DNA from: an uncultured Phycisphaerales bacterium
Lineage (GTDB): Bacteria; Planctomycetota; Phycisphaerae; Tepidisphaerales; Tepidisphaeraceae
Direction: 5' to 3'
Assembly (NCBI GenBank): GCA_963755915.1
Contig: CAVWLP010000002.1
Span: forward strand, 1,696,001 to 1,760,000
Length of the DNA stretch: 64,000 bases
Position 1 is the stretch's first letter; each line of letters opens with the position of its first letter. A program made the translations under genes and the position numbers. Below the pieces are notes generated by a model, which saw nothing but the letters and a program-made list of their open reading frames with translations, was not told the DNA's origin and did not search any database. Positions 29,251-38,104 of the stretch are shown one piece after another.

Positions 29251-30669
29251 ATGCGGTCATATACCCGGCCATTCATGTTGCTGGAGCCCCTGGAAAGACG
29301 GCTCCTTTTATCGTCGGGCGGTCCCGCTTTCGCTCACATTGTCGTCCTGCTGGAAGAGAACCACGCCGCCGCGGAAATCTACCCCATTACCGACGCCCCC
29401 TATATAAACTCCCTCGCTGCCGGCGGCGCGGAATTCACCCAATCTTACGCCATAACCCATCCCTCCGAGCCAAACTACCTCGCACTCTTCTCCGGCTCCA
29501 CGCAAGGCGTCACCGACGACGGAAACTACTCATTCAACGGCCCAAACCTCGCCACCGAACTCCAGGCCGCCGGCCTCGGCTTCACTGGCTATGCCGAATC
29601 CCCCAGCGTCCAAAAACACGACCCCTGGCAAAGTTTTCCAAGCTCCGCCAACGACGGCGAAGACTTTTCCGATTTCCCCTCAGACTACTCGCAGCTCCCC
29701 GCTTTAAGCTTTGTCGTCCCGGATCTGAATGACGATATGCACGATGGCAGCGTCGCCCAGGGCGATGCCTGGGCCCAGGCCAACATCAACGGCTACGCCC
29801 AGTGGGCCAAGACCCACAACAGTCTGCTCATTGTCTACTGGGATGAAGACGACTACGAACATAACAACAATATCCCCACCATATTTTATGGCGCCGACGT
29901 GGTCCCCGGCGTCTATTCAGAAACATTCAACGACTACGGCGTTCTGCGTACGATTGAAGCTGCTTTTAACCTGCCGCTACTCGGCAACTCAGCCAACGCG
30001 ACCCCGATAACCGACGTATTCCAAACCGCGCAACCGACACCCACGCCTACGCCCACTCCAACACCAACGCCAACTCCGATCCCTACTCCAACACCGACTC
30101 CAGCGCCAACACCGACGCCGACTCCAACGCCGACTCCAACACCTGCTCCAACGCCCGCGCCCACTCCAACACCGACGCCGAGTCCAACACCGGCGCCCGC
30201 GCCTACTCCGCCGCCGCCTGCTCCGGCGCCAAATCCCACTCCGACCCCGGTATCCACGCCGACGCCGACGCCAACGCCAACGCCCGCGCCGCGTCCAACG
30301 CCGATATCGACTCCGACCCCGCCATCCCCTCCCGCGCCCAAGACGAAATCGGGGCATAAATCCGCTGCCCCAACTCGCCCGGTTCCAGTGGCTGCCCCAT
30401 TCAAAAACGTCGGCAATCCGCAAGGTTCCAGCACATCGCCCTGGGCGCCTCTTAATCAGAATCCGCCGCTGAATTACATCCTCCAGACCGGCACCCCATG
30501 GACGCCCGTGCCGTTCAATTTCGGTCCCGCTGGCGGCAACACAACCTGGCTGCTGGCGTACGGAAATCCGCCGACGAGCGGAAACTCCTCCACGCAAGGG
30601 CTGTACACCATTCCGGCCCTATTTCTGAACGGTTCGGAGCAGAGCAATATGTGGGGAACCGGCAACTAG
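29251..30669 (+). CDS. Secreted phosphoesterase/acid phosphatase with planctomycete N-terminal motif and Pro-Thr linker
   Basis: LEPLERRLLLS; HIVVLLEENH, THPSEPNYLALFSG, KHDPW, DMHDG, WDED; (PT)n tract about 30030-30330. Confidence 0.85.
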   Translation: MRSYTRPFMLLEPLERRLLLSSGGPAFAHIVVLLEENHAAAEIYPITDAPYINSLAAGGAEFTQSYAITHPSEPNYLALFSGSTQGVTDDGNYSFNGPNLATELQAAGLGFTGYAESPSVQKHDPWQSFPSSANDGEDFSDFPSDYSQLPALSFVVPDLNDDMHDGSVAQGDAWAQANINGYAQWAKTHNSLLIVYWDEDDYEHNNNIPTIFYGADVVPGVYSETFNDYGVLRTIEAAFNLPLLGNSANATPITDVFQTAQPTPTPTPTPTPTPTPIPTPTPTPAPTPTPTPTPTPTPAPTPAPTPTPTPSPTPAPAPTPPPPAPAPNPTPTPVSTPTPTPTPTPAPRPTPISTPTPPSPPAPKTKSGHKSAAPTRPVPVAAPFKNVGNPQGSSTSPWAPLNQNPPLNYILQTGTPWTPVPFNFGPAGGNTTWLLAYGNPPTSGNSSTQGLYTIPALFLNGSEQSNMWGTGN

Positions 30670-30699
30670 AAACCGGAGCGCAAAACCGGGACGAACGCG

Positions 30700-30742
30700 A
30701 AACGGGGACGCAGCTAGTTAAAAACTAGCTGCGTCTCCGTTT
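30700..30742. repeat. 43-bp palindrome, copy 1
   Basis: AAACGGGGACGCAGCTAGTT-AAA-AACTAGCTGCGTCTCCGTTT; near-identical copy at 36328. Confidence 0.85.
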
Positions 30743-30865
30743 GCCGTTCCGCATCAGCGCAGCGGTGCGGCGAGAGTGTCGCTTGCGGAATTATATAAGA
30801 CCAATTTTGCGTCCCGAACCGCGCAGGATTCGCTGCGCATCGGCTGTACAATACCCCTGTCAGGG

Positions 30866-31489
30866 ATGATGAGGCTTCTTAGACATGGATTTTCCCTTCT
30901 CCTCGCGTTGGCGTCCTTCGTCAGCGCCTCACTGGCGATCTATTCCCATAGCACCCCAACGTACATTGCTCTCGCAACCGATATTCATGGCTCCTTCAAC
31001 CAGCAGCCCGTCATCCTGGGCGAGGCATATGCCGGCCTCTACGCCGGGGCTGGGGCCATCGGGTTCATACATCATTCCGAAGTAATCAACGACCCCGAAA
31101 ATGCATCCAGCGCCGCTCTCCCGCCGCGTTCGCCGCATCTGATATGGGACCACTCCGCAAACCCGGCCGCCACCCTTCAGGGCAGCGCCAGCCTCGACGA
31201 ACTATCCTACGCCAAAACTTACTGCAGCTTCGGCATGACTCTATATGACGGAGACGACGACTGGCTTGGCGGATCCCAAAATAATCGTGGCTGGCTCATA
31301 AATGTCTGGATGTTTATCCTCGTTCCGCCCCTTCTCATTTTTCTTCTCTTTGCAATCCCGAGCCTTCCTTTTCGTCGCACTCGTGTTCCTGGCCTCTGTC
31401 CAAATTGCCGATACGACCTTCGCGTTCAACTCGAAGGCCGCGCCGGCGCCAATTGCCCGGAATGCGGTCGAGCCGTGCGGTCCGCGTAA
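30866..31489 (+). CDS. Membrane protein with variable loop and C-terminal Zn ribbon
   Basis: N-term TM, about 120-aa loop, TM, GLCPNCRYDLR..CPECG. Confidence 0.72.
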   Translation: MMRLLRHGFSLLLALASFVSASLAIYSHSTPTYIALATDIHGSFNQQPVILGEAYAGLYAGAGAIGFIHHSEVINDPENASSAALPPRSPHLIWDHSANPAATLQGSASLDELSYAKTYCSFGMTLYDGDDDWLGGSQNNRGWLINVWMFILVPPLLIFLLFAIPSLPFRRTRVPGLCPNCRYDLRVQLEGRAGANCPECGRAVRSA

Positions 31490-31774
31490 CTGACACGACC
31501 AAGTGACGGACACCGGCGAAAAGGAGGCATTCGCTTGAATAGAAAATCTACGTATGATTACCAAAGGCACCAGCTCCACGAAATATAATACCCCAAAACC
31601 CCCAGACTACCCATTTTATAGCGGCCTGTAAAGTTTTGTAAACCCTGCCCCCAGGACAAAAATCCATCGATCGCCCCCGGCTCAACACTGGAGACTAGAA
31701 ACTCGAAGGTTCGTCGGTATATTCTACGCCAGCGTCGGCAGGATGCCGGCGGGTTCAACCAAGGATGGTGCTCC

Positions 31775-33058
31775 ATGCTCGGGCGGAAATCCCTTTTAGC
31801 TTTGGTATCGGGTTTTGCACTCATGGCCGGATGCTCCCAGTCGCATCCGCCGGTCGAGGGTACGGCTGCGCAGATTCCGCAGCGGCATTATTTGCCGCGC
31901 GAGGACGCTTCGCAGAAGCAAGCGCAGACGGCTGCGCCCACCGACACCGATTCCCAGGCCGATGATGCGGCGCTGCTGGCGCAGAAGACCTCGGAATATG
32001 CCCACAGCGTTTCCCCGCTGCTGGGGCAGGGCGGAGCGGCGCCGGCGACGCAGCCGTCGGTGGTGCAGTGGAATTCACCGGCGGTGAAGCCGCCGGGGGA
32101 CACGCTTCCGCCGGCGTCGGTGCGGCCCACATCGAACCAGGGTGCGGCGCTGGCGGCAGCACAGTTTAAGCAGGACGACAGTCTTCCGCAGATTCTTCCG
32201 GAGAGCGCGGACTTTGCCGACACCGCCCATCCGTCCGCGGCGGGAACAGTCTCGGCGGGAACGCCGACTGCGGACGATGAAACGGAGCGGAAGATGCTGA
32301 AGATGGTCGAGGATTATCCGCAGGACCTGGGGTATCAGTTTGATTATGAGCTGCTTCGGCTGGTGCGGGACGAACCGACGCCGGAGCTTTCGACGGTAGC
32401 GCAGCTTACGCCGGAGGATCGGGACCTGCTGCTGGCGTTGATGGATGGGCTGAGCAATTTCCGCAACGCGGCCAAGGATGAGGGGAACATCATGCTGAAC
32501 CGCAAGATTCAGCCGCTGCTGGAGATGGCCGACCGATTGCGTTCCGAAGCGCAGCTTTCGATTCCGACGGTTGCGTTTTGCTCGCAGGTGCAGAGCTACG
32601 GCGTCTATACGCCGATGGCGACGTCGCAGTTCCCGGCGGGGCGCAACAACGACTTGATCGTCTACAACGATGTCGCGAATTTCACGTCGATCGAAGGCAG
32701 CGACGGGATCTGGCGGACCCGGCTTCAGCAGCAGATGGTGCTCTACACCGACAACGGCCTGGCGGTTTGGCCGGAGCGGAGCAACGCCGACACGTTCATC
32801 GATCAGTCGCGGAACCGGCGGCATGATTTTTTCATCTCCCGGCTGGTGAGATTGCCGTCGTCCCTGGCGGCGGGGAAATATGTGCTGAAGGTGACGCTGA
32901 CGGACGAGCAGTCGAACCGGGTAGTGGAGGCGAGTTCGCCGCTGGAGATCGTGGGGGATACTCAGGCGCCGCAGGCCCAGCCGGCGAGCGATCAGACGAT
33001 AGGTGGGCAGGGGGGTGGCGATCAAACCGGCGCGACGCCGGATGTGCTTTCGCCCTGA
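31775..33058 (+). CDS. Hypothetical lipoprotein
   Basis: Lipobox-like LMAGC; C-terminal beta-sandwich-like GKYVLKVTLTD. Confidence 0.7.
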   Translation: MLGRKSLLALVSGFALMAGCSQSHPPVEGTAAQIPQRHYLPREDASQKQAQTAAPTDTDSQADDAALLAQKTSEYAHSVSPLLGQGGAAPATQPSVVQWNSPAVKPPGDTLPPASVRPTSNQGAALAAAQFKQDDSLPQILPESADFADTAHPSAAGTVSAGTPTADDETERKMLKMVEDYPQDLGYQFDYELLRLVRDEPTPELSTVAQLTPEDRDLLLALMDGLSNFRNAAKDEGNIMLNRKIQPLLEMADRLRSEAQLSIPTVAFCSQVQSYGVYTPMATSQFPAGRNNDLIVYNDVANFTSIEGSDGIWRTRLQQQMVLYTDNGLAVWPERSNADTFIDQSRNRRHDFFISRLVRLPSSLAAGKYVLKVTLTDEQSNRVVEASSPLEIVGDTQAPQAQPASDQTIGGQGGGDQTGATPDVLSP

Positions 33059-33245
33059 TCCGTGGTGGGGAAAGCTGCAAAATCTTTCGTTTTTTTGATA
33101 AGTTGAACCAGGCGGCCTCATGAGAGACTTCCCGGCTAACAGAATCTAATGAAATAATTCGCGTCTAAATCGAAACCGTCGGTTTTCGCCGGCCGATGGA
33201 TTCGTTGCTGCGATTGAAGCTAAGCGTGCGCTTTGGACCGGCAGT

Positions 33246-33617
33246 ATGGAAACAAAACCCACAATATTGGTCATTGAAGACGACAAGCCGATAAGCGTCT
33301 TAACCTGTGGCCTGCTGGAAGATGCCGGATTTGCAACGAGGCCCGCATATTACGGGGGCGTTGGCATGCGTCTGGCACAGGAGAGTGTTCCGGATCTGAT
33401 ATTACTTGACCTGATGCTGCCGGATATTACGGGGTTTGAGGTGTGCGAGCAGCTCAAGCAGAATCCGCTGACGAATCGGATTCCGGTGGTGATTTGCACG
33501 GCGATGGCGGATGACGAGAGCCGCCGGCGGGGGATCGAGTGCGGGGCGCATGCGTATCTGATAAAGCCTTATAACCCCGAAACACTGGTGGAAATGGTCA
33601 GGAAATTGGCGGCGTAG
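33246..33617 (+). CDS. Single-domain response regulator
   Basis: ILVIEDD, PDLILLDLMLPDITGFEV, YLIKPY. Confidence 0.92.
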   Translation: METKPTILVIEDDKPISVLTCGLLEDAGFATRPAYYGGVGMRLAQESVPDLILLDLMLPDITGFEVCEQLKQNPLTNRIPVVICTAMADDESRRRGIECGAHAYLIKPYNPETLVEMVRKLAA

Positions 33618-33807
33618 CGAGCGCGATCAGACGGGGGCGACGCCGGATGTGCTTTCGCGGTGAAGGCGGGGGGAAGTGTTTGCGTCGGGATTAAAGTTTA
33701 TATTTGATGGCGTGCACGATCCTCGACGAGTCGAGGAACCCCCCACCTTGGGGTACCAGGGGAGGGGGGACGAGGAGGTACTGGGATAGGGGATAGAAGA
33801 CGCCGCC

Positions 33808-34515
33808 ATGAAATTCAAAAAACCCCCGCTTCGAATCCAGCCCACCACGCTTTGGGATTATCCGTCGCAGGATTATGGGGACGACGAGCAGGGGGTTTCG
33901 GGGTTTAAGGGGGCGACGCCGAGCTACATCATCTGGAATCTGCTGATGCGGTATACCAGGCCGAAGGATCTGGTGATCGATCCGTGCGCGGGGAGCGGGA
34001 CGACGCTGGACGTGGCCCGGGACCTGGGGCGGAGGGCGCTGGGGTATGACGTGGCGCCGACGCGGAAGGATATTTTCCGGGTGGATGCCCGGAAGCTGCC
34101 GCTGGAGGATGAGAAGGCGGATTTTGTGTTTATCGATCCGCCTTATTCGACGCATATTGAATATTCGAACGATCCGCGGTGCATCGGGAAGCTGGATGCT
34201 GCGGGGGCGGAATATTATCGCGCGATGGAGCAGGTGATTTCCGAGATTCATCGGGTGCTGCGGCCGGGGAAGCATATGGCGCTGTACGTGAGCGATTCGA
34301 TGGTGAAGGGGAAGGGGTTTTATCCGATCGGGTTTGAACTGTTTGAGAGATTGCGACGGAAATTTGAGCCCGTCGATGTCGTTGCCGTCGTCCGCCACAA
34401 CAAGACGCTGAAGATGGGGAACTATCGGGCGGCGGCGGAGGAGGGGAATTTTTTTCTCAGGGGGTTTAATTATTTGTTCATTATGAGGAAGGCGCAGGGG
34501 CTACAGAAGAAGTAG
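33808..34515 (+). CDS. Small orphan amino-methyltransferase (N4/N6 DNA methylase or TRM11-like)
   Basis: TTLWDYP, VIDPCAGSGTT, FIDPPY, HRVLRPG. Confidence 0.8.
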   Translation: MKFKKPPLRIQPTTLWDYPSQDYGDDEQGVSGFKGATPSYIIWNLLMRYTRPKDLVIDPCAGSGTTLDVARDLGRRALGYDVAPTRKDIFRVDARKLPLEDEKADFVFIDPPYSTHIEYSNDPRCIGKLDAAGAEYYRAMEQVISEIHRVLRPGKHMALYVSDSMVKGKGFYPIGFELFERLRRKFEPVDVVAVVRHNKTLKMGNYRAAAEEGNFFLRGFNYLFIMRKAQGLQKK

Positions 34516-35304
34516 AAGCGCACTGCGGCGTGGGATGGCGGGGAATCGCCAGCGTGTTCCAGCCGCATTTTGGCCAGGGAGTCTGGCCGGAGATGGGGAG
34601 CTTGGGATCGAATAAATCGTAGTCGGCACAGTGGAGGTGGTCGGTGACCGGGGCGCAGGTTTGTTCGGCGACTTCGATGTAGATGATTGGCCGTACCTGG
34701 CTGAGAAGGCGTTTGGCGCCCTGGAAGATGGCGACCTCGGCCCCTTCGACGTCGATTTTGACGAAAGCCGGCGAGGGGGAGATTTCCAGGAGATCGTCGA
34801 GGGACATCATGGGGACGAGCTGGCGTTCGCGAATGCCGCCCATTTGATTGGAGGGGCGCATGAACTGGGCGAGGGTGTTGGAGGCGCGCCGCGCTGGGCA
34901 ATAAGGAACTCGGCGGCGCGGTGGCAATCGCCGACGGCAATTGGAAGCGTGTCGATTTTGGCGCAGTTTTGGGGAAGATTTGCGGCGGTGCGACGAATTA
35001 ACTGGGCGAGCATAAGATCGGGTTCGACGCAGAGGACGCGACCGGCGGGCCCGCATTTGGCGGAAGCGGCCGCTCCGAAAACACCTACGTTAGCGCCAAT
35101 ATCCCAGACGATCTCACCGGGCTTGATGTGGGAAGAAGCCATCTGGATTAATTCGACATCGCACCAGTTTTCTCCGGGCTTGAGGAGGGCGAGGGCGGCG
35201 TCGGGGGTGACAAGGACGCGCACGTGAGAGAAGGGTCGGGGCAGGTGACGCCAGATGGTTTTGCCCCTGGACAGACGCTCAACGCAGGTACGGAGAAATC
35301 CCAT
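34481..35304 (-). CDS. FkbM family methyltransferase (frameshift near 34885)
   Basis: VWDIGANVG, VEPD, FVKIDVEGAE. Confidence 0.82.
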
Positions 35305-35419
35305 TTGGTCACCGGGATCAGAAAAAGGATAGATTTGCAAGCTTATTATGCACACGGGGGAGGCGTCAATGCGAAAATGAGAAGGGTATAGCCAGCAAAC
35401 CAGGCAGAATTCGATGGAG

Positions 35420-36316
35420 TCAAAGCCCGCCGCGCAGGGGGGTGATGATATGCAGGCGATCTTCGACGAGCTTCATGAGGAAGCTGAGGCGATTTTGGTG
35501 GAAGGCGCGGATGGGGGCCTGGGGGTCGGGGAAGTTTTGGGGGAGGGGCCAGTCGGGGGGGAGCAAATCTTTTTGGGGGATGTCGCGGGATTGGCGAAGG
35601 TCGCCGATTTCCATGTCGGTGAGGATTCGGGATTGGCACCAAGGGAGGATATCGCGGGCGTGGAGGGAGATGGGTTGTTCTGGCGCGGGGTCGGGCCAGG
35701 GGCCGATGCTGGTCCGGCGAAGTTGGCTGAGGTGAGCGCCGCAGCCTGCAAGACGTCCAAGGTCGCGGGCGAGGGCGCGGACGTAGTAGCCGCCGCGGAC
35801 GGTCATTTTGAGGGTGCTTTCGTGGGGGAGATTGTGATTCAGGAAGGCGGCTTCGTGGAGGTAGACGCGGGAGGAGGGCATGACGACGTCTTCGCCGCGG
35901 TGGGCTTTAAGATAGGCGCGTTCGCCGGCGACGCGTTTGTTGCTGGTGGGGTGGGGGGTTTGGTCGTGCCAGCCTTGGAATTGTTTCAGGAGATCGTCGA
36001 GGTGTTGGGGCGTGAGGGTGGAGGGATCGCCTTGGGAGATGATGTGGCCGTGGGGGTCGCCGTTGTCGGTTTCAGTGCCCCAGCGGATGGTGGCCTCGTA
36101 GGTTTTGGGGATGGGGTGGAGGTAGTCGAAGAGGCGGGTGGCGGGTTCGACGAGGATGATCAGGAGCCCGGAGGCGAAGGGATCGAGAGCGCCGCCGTGA
36201 CAGATTCGGGGTGGGCGGCGGCCGGGGGCGGGCTGGAGGGATTTCATGCACGTTTGCACGACGGAAAAGCTGGTGGGGCCTGGGGGTTTGTGGAGGAGGT
36301 GGATGCCGGGGGTCAT
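35420..36316 (-). CDS. truB: TruB-like tRNA pseudouridine synthase (divergent)
   Basis: LLHKPPGPTSF, HGGALDPFASGLL, KTYEATIRWGTETD, GYYVRALARDLG, LRRTSIGP. Confidence 0.78.
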   Translation of the reverse strand: MTPGIHLLHKPPGPTSFSVVQTCMKSLQPAPGRRPPRICHGGALDPFASGLLIILVEPATRLFDYLHPIPKTYEATIRWGTETDNGDPHGHIISQGDPSTLTPQHLDDLLKQFQGWHDQTPHPTSNKRVAGERAYLKAHRGEDVVMPSSRVYLHEAAFLNHNLPHESTLKMTVRGGYYVRALARDLGRLAGCGAHLSQLRRTSIGPWPDPAPEQPISLHARDILPWCQSRILTDMEIGDLRQSRDIPQKDLLPPDWPLPQNFPDPQAPIRAFHQNRLSFLMKLVEDRLHIITPLRGGL

Positions 36317-36327
36317 AGAAAAAACAC

Positions 36328-36370
36328 AAACGGGGACGCAGCTAGTTGAAAACTAGCTGCGTCCCCGTTT
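36328..36370. repeat. 43-bp palindrome, copy 2
   Basis: AAACGGGGACGCAGCTAGTT-GAA-AACTAGCTGCGTCCCCGTTT; contains the MFS gene stop codon. Confidence 0.85.
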
Positions 36371-37555
36371 CCTTATGGAGACGACGCAGGCGGCGAGGAC
36401 GCTGATCCAGAGGATGGCGGCGACGGCAAAGATGGCGATGTGCGGGTTGCCGGGATTGAGCGTGGCGGCGAGTGCGCCGCAACTGGGGCCGAGGACGGCG
36501 CCGACGCCGATGAGGGCTTCGTGGTAGGCGTTCTGGGCGGTGCTGCCGTCGCTGAGGACCATTCCGAAATAGAGGCTGGCGGCGTAGATGAGGCCCATGA
36601 CGGCGCCGAGGGCGATTTGCCAGAGGATCATGGAGAGGGCGGAGGGGATGAGGGTGGTGCCGAGGAAAGCGGCGAGGAGGATGATGGCGGCGATGAGAAG
36701 GGCGCGGGGACGGGTGTGCCACCAGTTGGCCATGCCCAGGGCGAGGAATGTGAACCAGCGGGCGATCATCCAGACGCTGGCGAGGAGGGTACCGACCTGG
36801 GGGTCGGCGGCGCGGATTACCGGGAGGGTGGGCATGATGGCGCCCAAGGCGTAGACCACGGCGAAAGTTGAAGGAAGGGCGATGCGCGAGAGGCGCTTGG
36901 CAAGGGTGCGGAGGGGGATCAGCTCGGGATTGGGGCGAAGCTGGGCGTGTGGATGGGGCGTTTGGCGCTGGATGCGCAGGAGCATTGCGCAACTGATGAT
37001 GTGGCCGGTGGCGGCGATGAGGAAGATTGCCTGGGGCCAATGGGCGAGGATCAAACCGCAGGAAGCGACGGTGGCAGCGCCGACGCCGGACCAAACGAGG
37101 TTGTAGGTGGAAATCCGTCGGGACATTTGCGCGGGGGTTGCGCCGATGGAGATGAGGCTTTCGAGCAGGGGCCATTGGGCGGCGCTGACGCCGGCGTAGG
37201 CGAGCAGGAAGATTGAGAGGATGGCGGCGGATGGAGCGTAGAAGGCGGCGACGGAGATGACGATGAGGGCGATCTCGAGATTTCGCAGGAGTATCTGGCG
37301 GCCGAAACGGGTGGAGAGGGGGTTGGCGGCGAGAGCGCCGAGGGTGTAGGTGAAGCCCTGGCCGGCGGAAAGTATCAGGCTGCTTTTGGCGTCCCAGAGG
37401 AACTGCTTCTTCATGTAGAAGAAGATGGCGTACATGAGGAGGTTGGCGGAGACGGAAACGAGGCCCTGGATGGTGAAGAATTTCACCAGGAAACCGCGTG
37501 GGATGAAGCGGGCGGGGGGTTTGGCGGGAAAGAGGTCGGCGGCGAGCGTTTCCAT
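36353..37555 (-). CDS. MFS transporter
   Basis: About 12 hydrophobic helices; motif-A-like LSTRFGRQ. Confidence 0.75.
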   Translation of the reverse strand: METLAADLFPAKPPARFIPRGFLVKFFTIQGLVSVSANLLMYAIFFYMKKQFLWDAKSSLILSAGQGFTYTLGALAANPLSTRFGRQILLRNLEIALIVISVAAFYAPSAAILSIFLLAYAGVSAAQWPLLESLISIGATPAQMSRRISTYNLVWSGVGAATVASCGLILAHWPQAIFLIAATGHIISCAMLLRIQRQTPHPHAQLRPNPELIPLRTLAKRLSRIALPSTFAVVYALGAIMPTLPVIRAADPQVGTLLASVWMIARWFTFLALGMANWWHTRPRALLIAAIILLAAFLGTTLIPSALSMILWQIALGAVMGLIYAASLYFGMVLSDGSTAQNAYHEALIGVGAVLGPSCGALAATLNPGNPHIAIFAVAAILWISVLAACVVSIRKRGRS

Positions 37556-37845
37556 TGGAATTCTGTTCGGCAGTTTAGGAGCGGTGGCGGAAAAAATCCT
37601 GTGAGGCGCGATCCTGCTGCGGCCGGTTGGCGTAGTGGTTGATGCAGATCGAATCGACGAATGGGCGGCAGCTTCAATTTGTATCGTCGAAAAGCGGAGA
37701 TGCGGAGCGATTTTCGGGTGTCTCCGGAGGCGGGAAATTGCCAAGATCGGAGGCACACGTTTGTGCCCGCTGCCATTGCAACATGGTGGCGCGTGTGCCG
37801 GGACGTTTTGTTTTGTCCCGGCCTTTTTTGCGCGGGAAGGGGAAA

Positions 37846-37889
37846 AGATTTGAAATTTGAGATTTGAGATTTGAGATTTCAGATTTGAG
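37846..37889. repeat. Tandem heptamer (AGATTTG)n
   Basis: About six units AGATTTG/AAATTTG/AGATTTC. Confidence 0.8.
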
Positions 37890-38104
37890 GATTTGGGGGC
37901 GATAACTTTTTGGGTTTGGTGAAAAAAGGGTTGCAAGCGCGGGGGTGTGGGCGTGTAATGTTTGGCGCGTTCGTCCGGCAATATCGCCAACGGCAATGCT
38001 GGGGCGGCGGTGGGTGTATATGTTGTCAGTCGGTGCCGTTCTTGGCCGATAACGACCGTGCGGATCGAGTATTAGGCCCGAAATTGGGAGAGGACTGATA
38101 TTTT

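Noticed and set aside
30030-30330. Non-coding tandem repeat or array
   Set aside because: It is the in-frame Pro-Thr linker with varied synonymous codons
37556-37996. N-terminal extension of the MFS ORF
   Set aside because: Runs through a heptamer repeat and low-complexity intergenic sequence; ATG at 37555 fits the transporter
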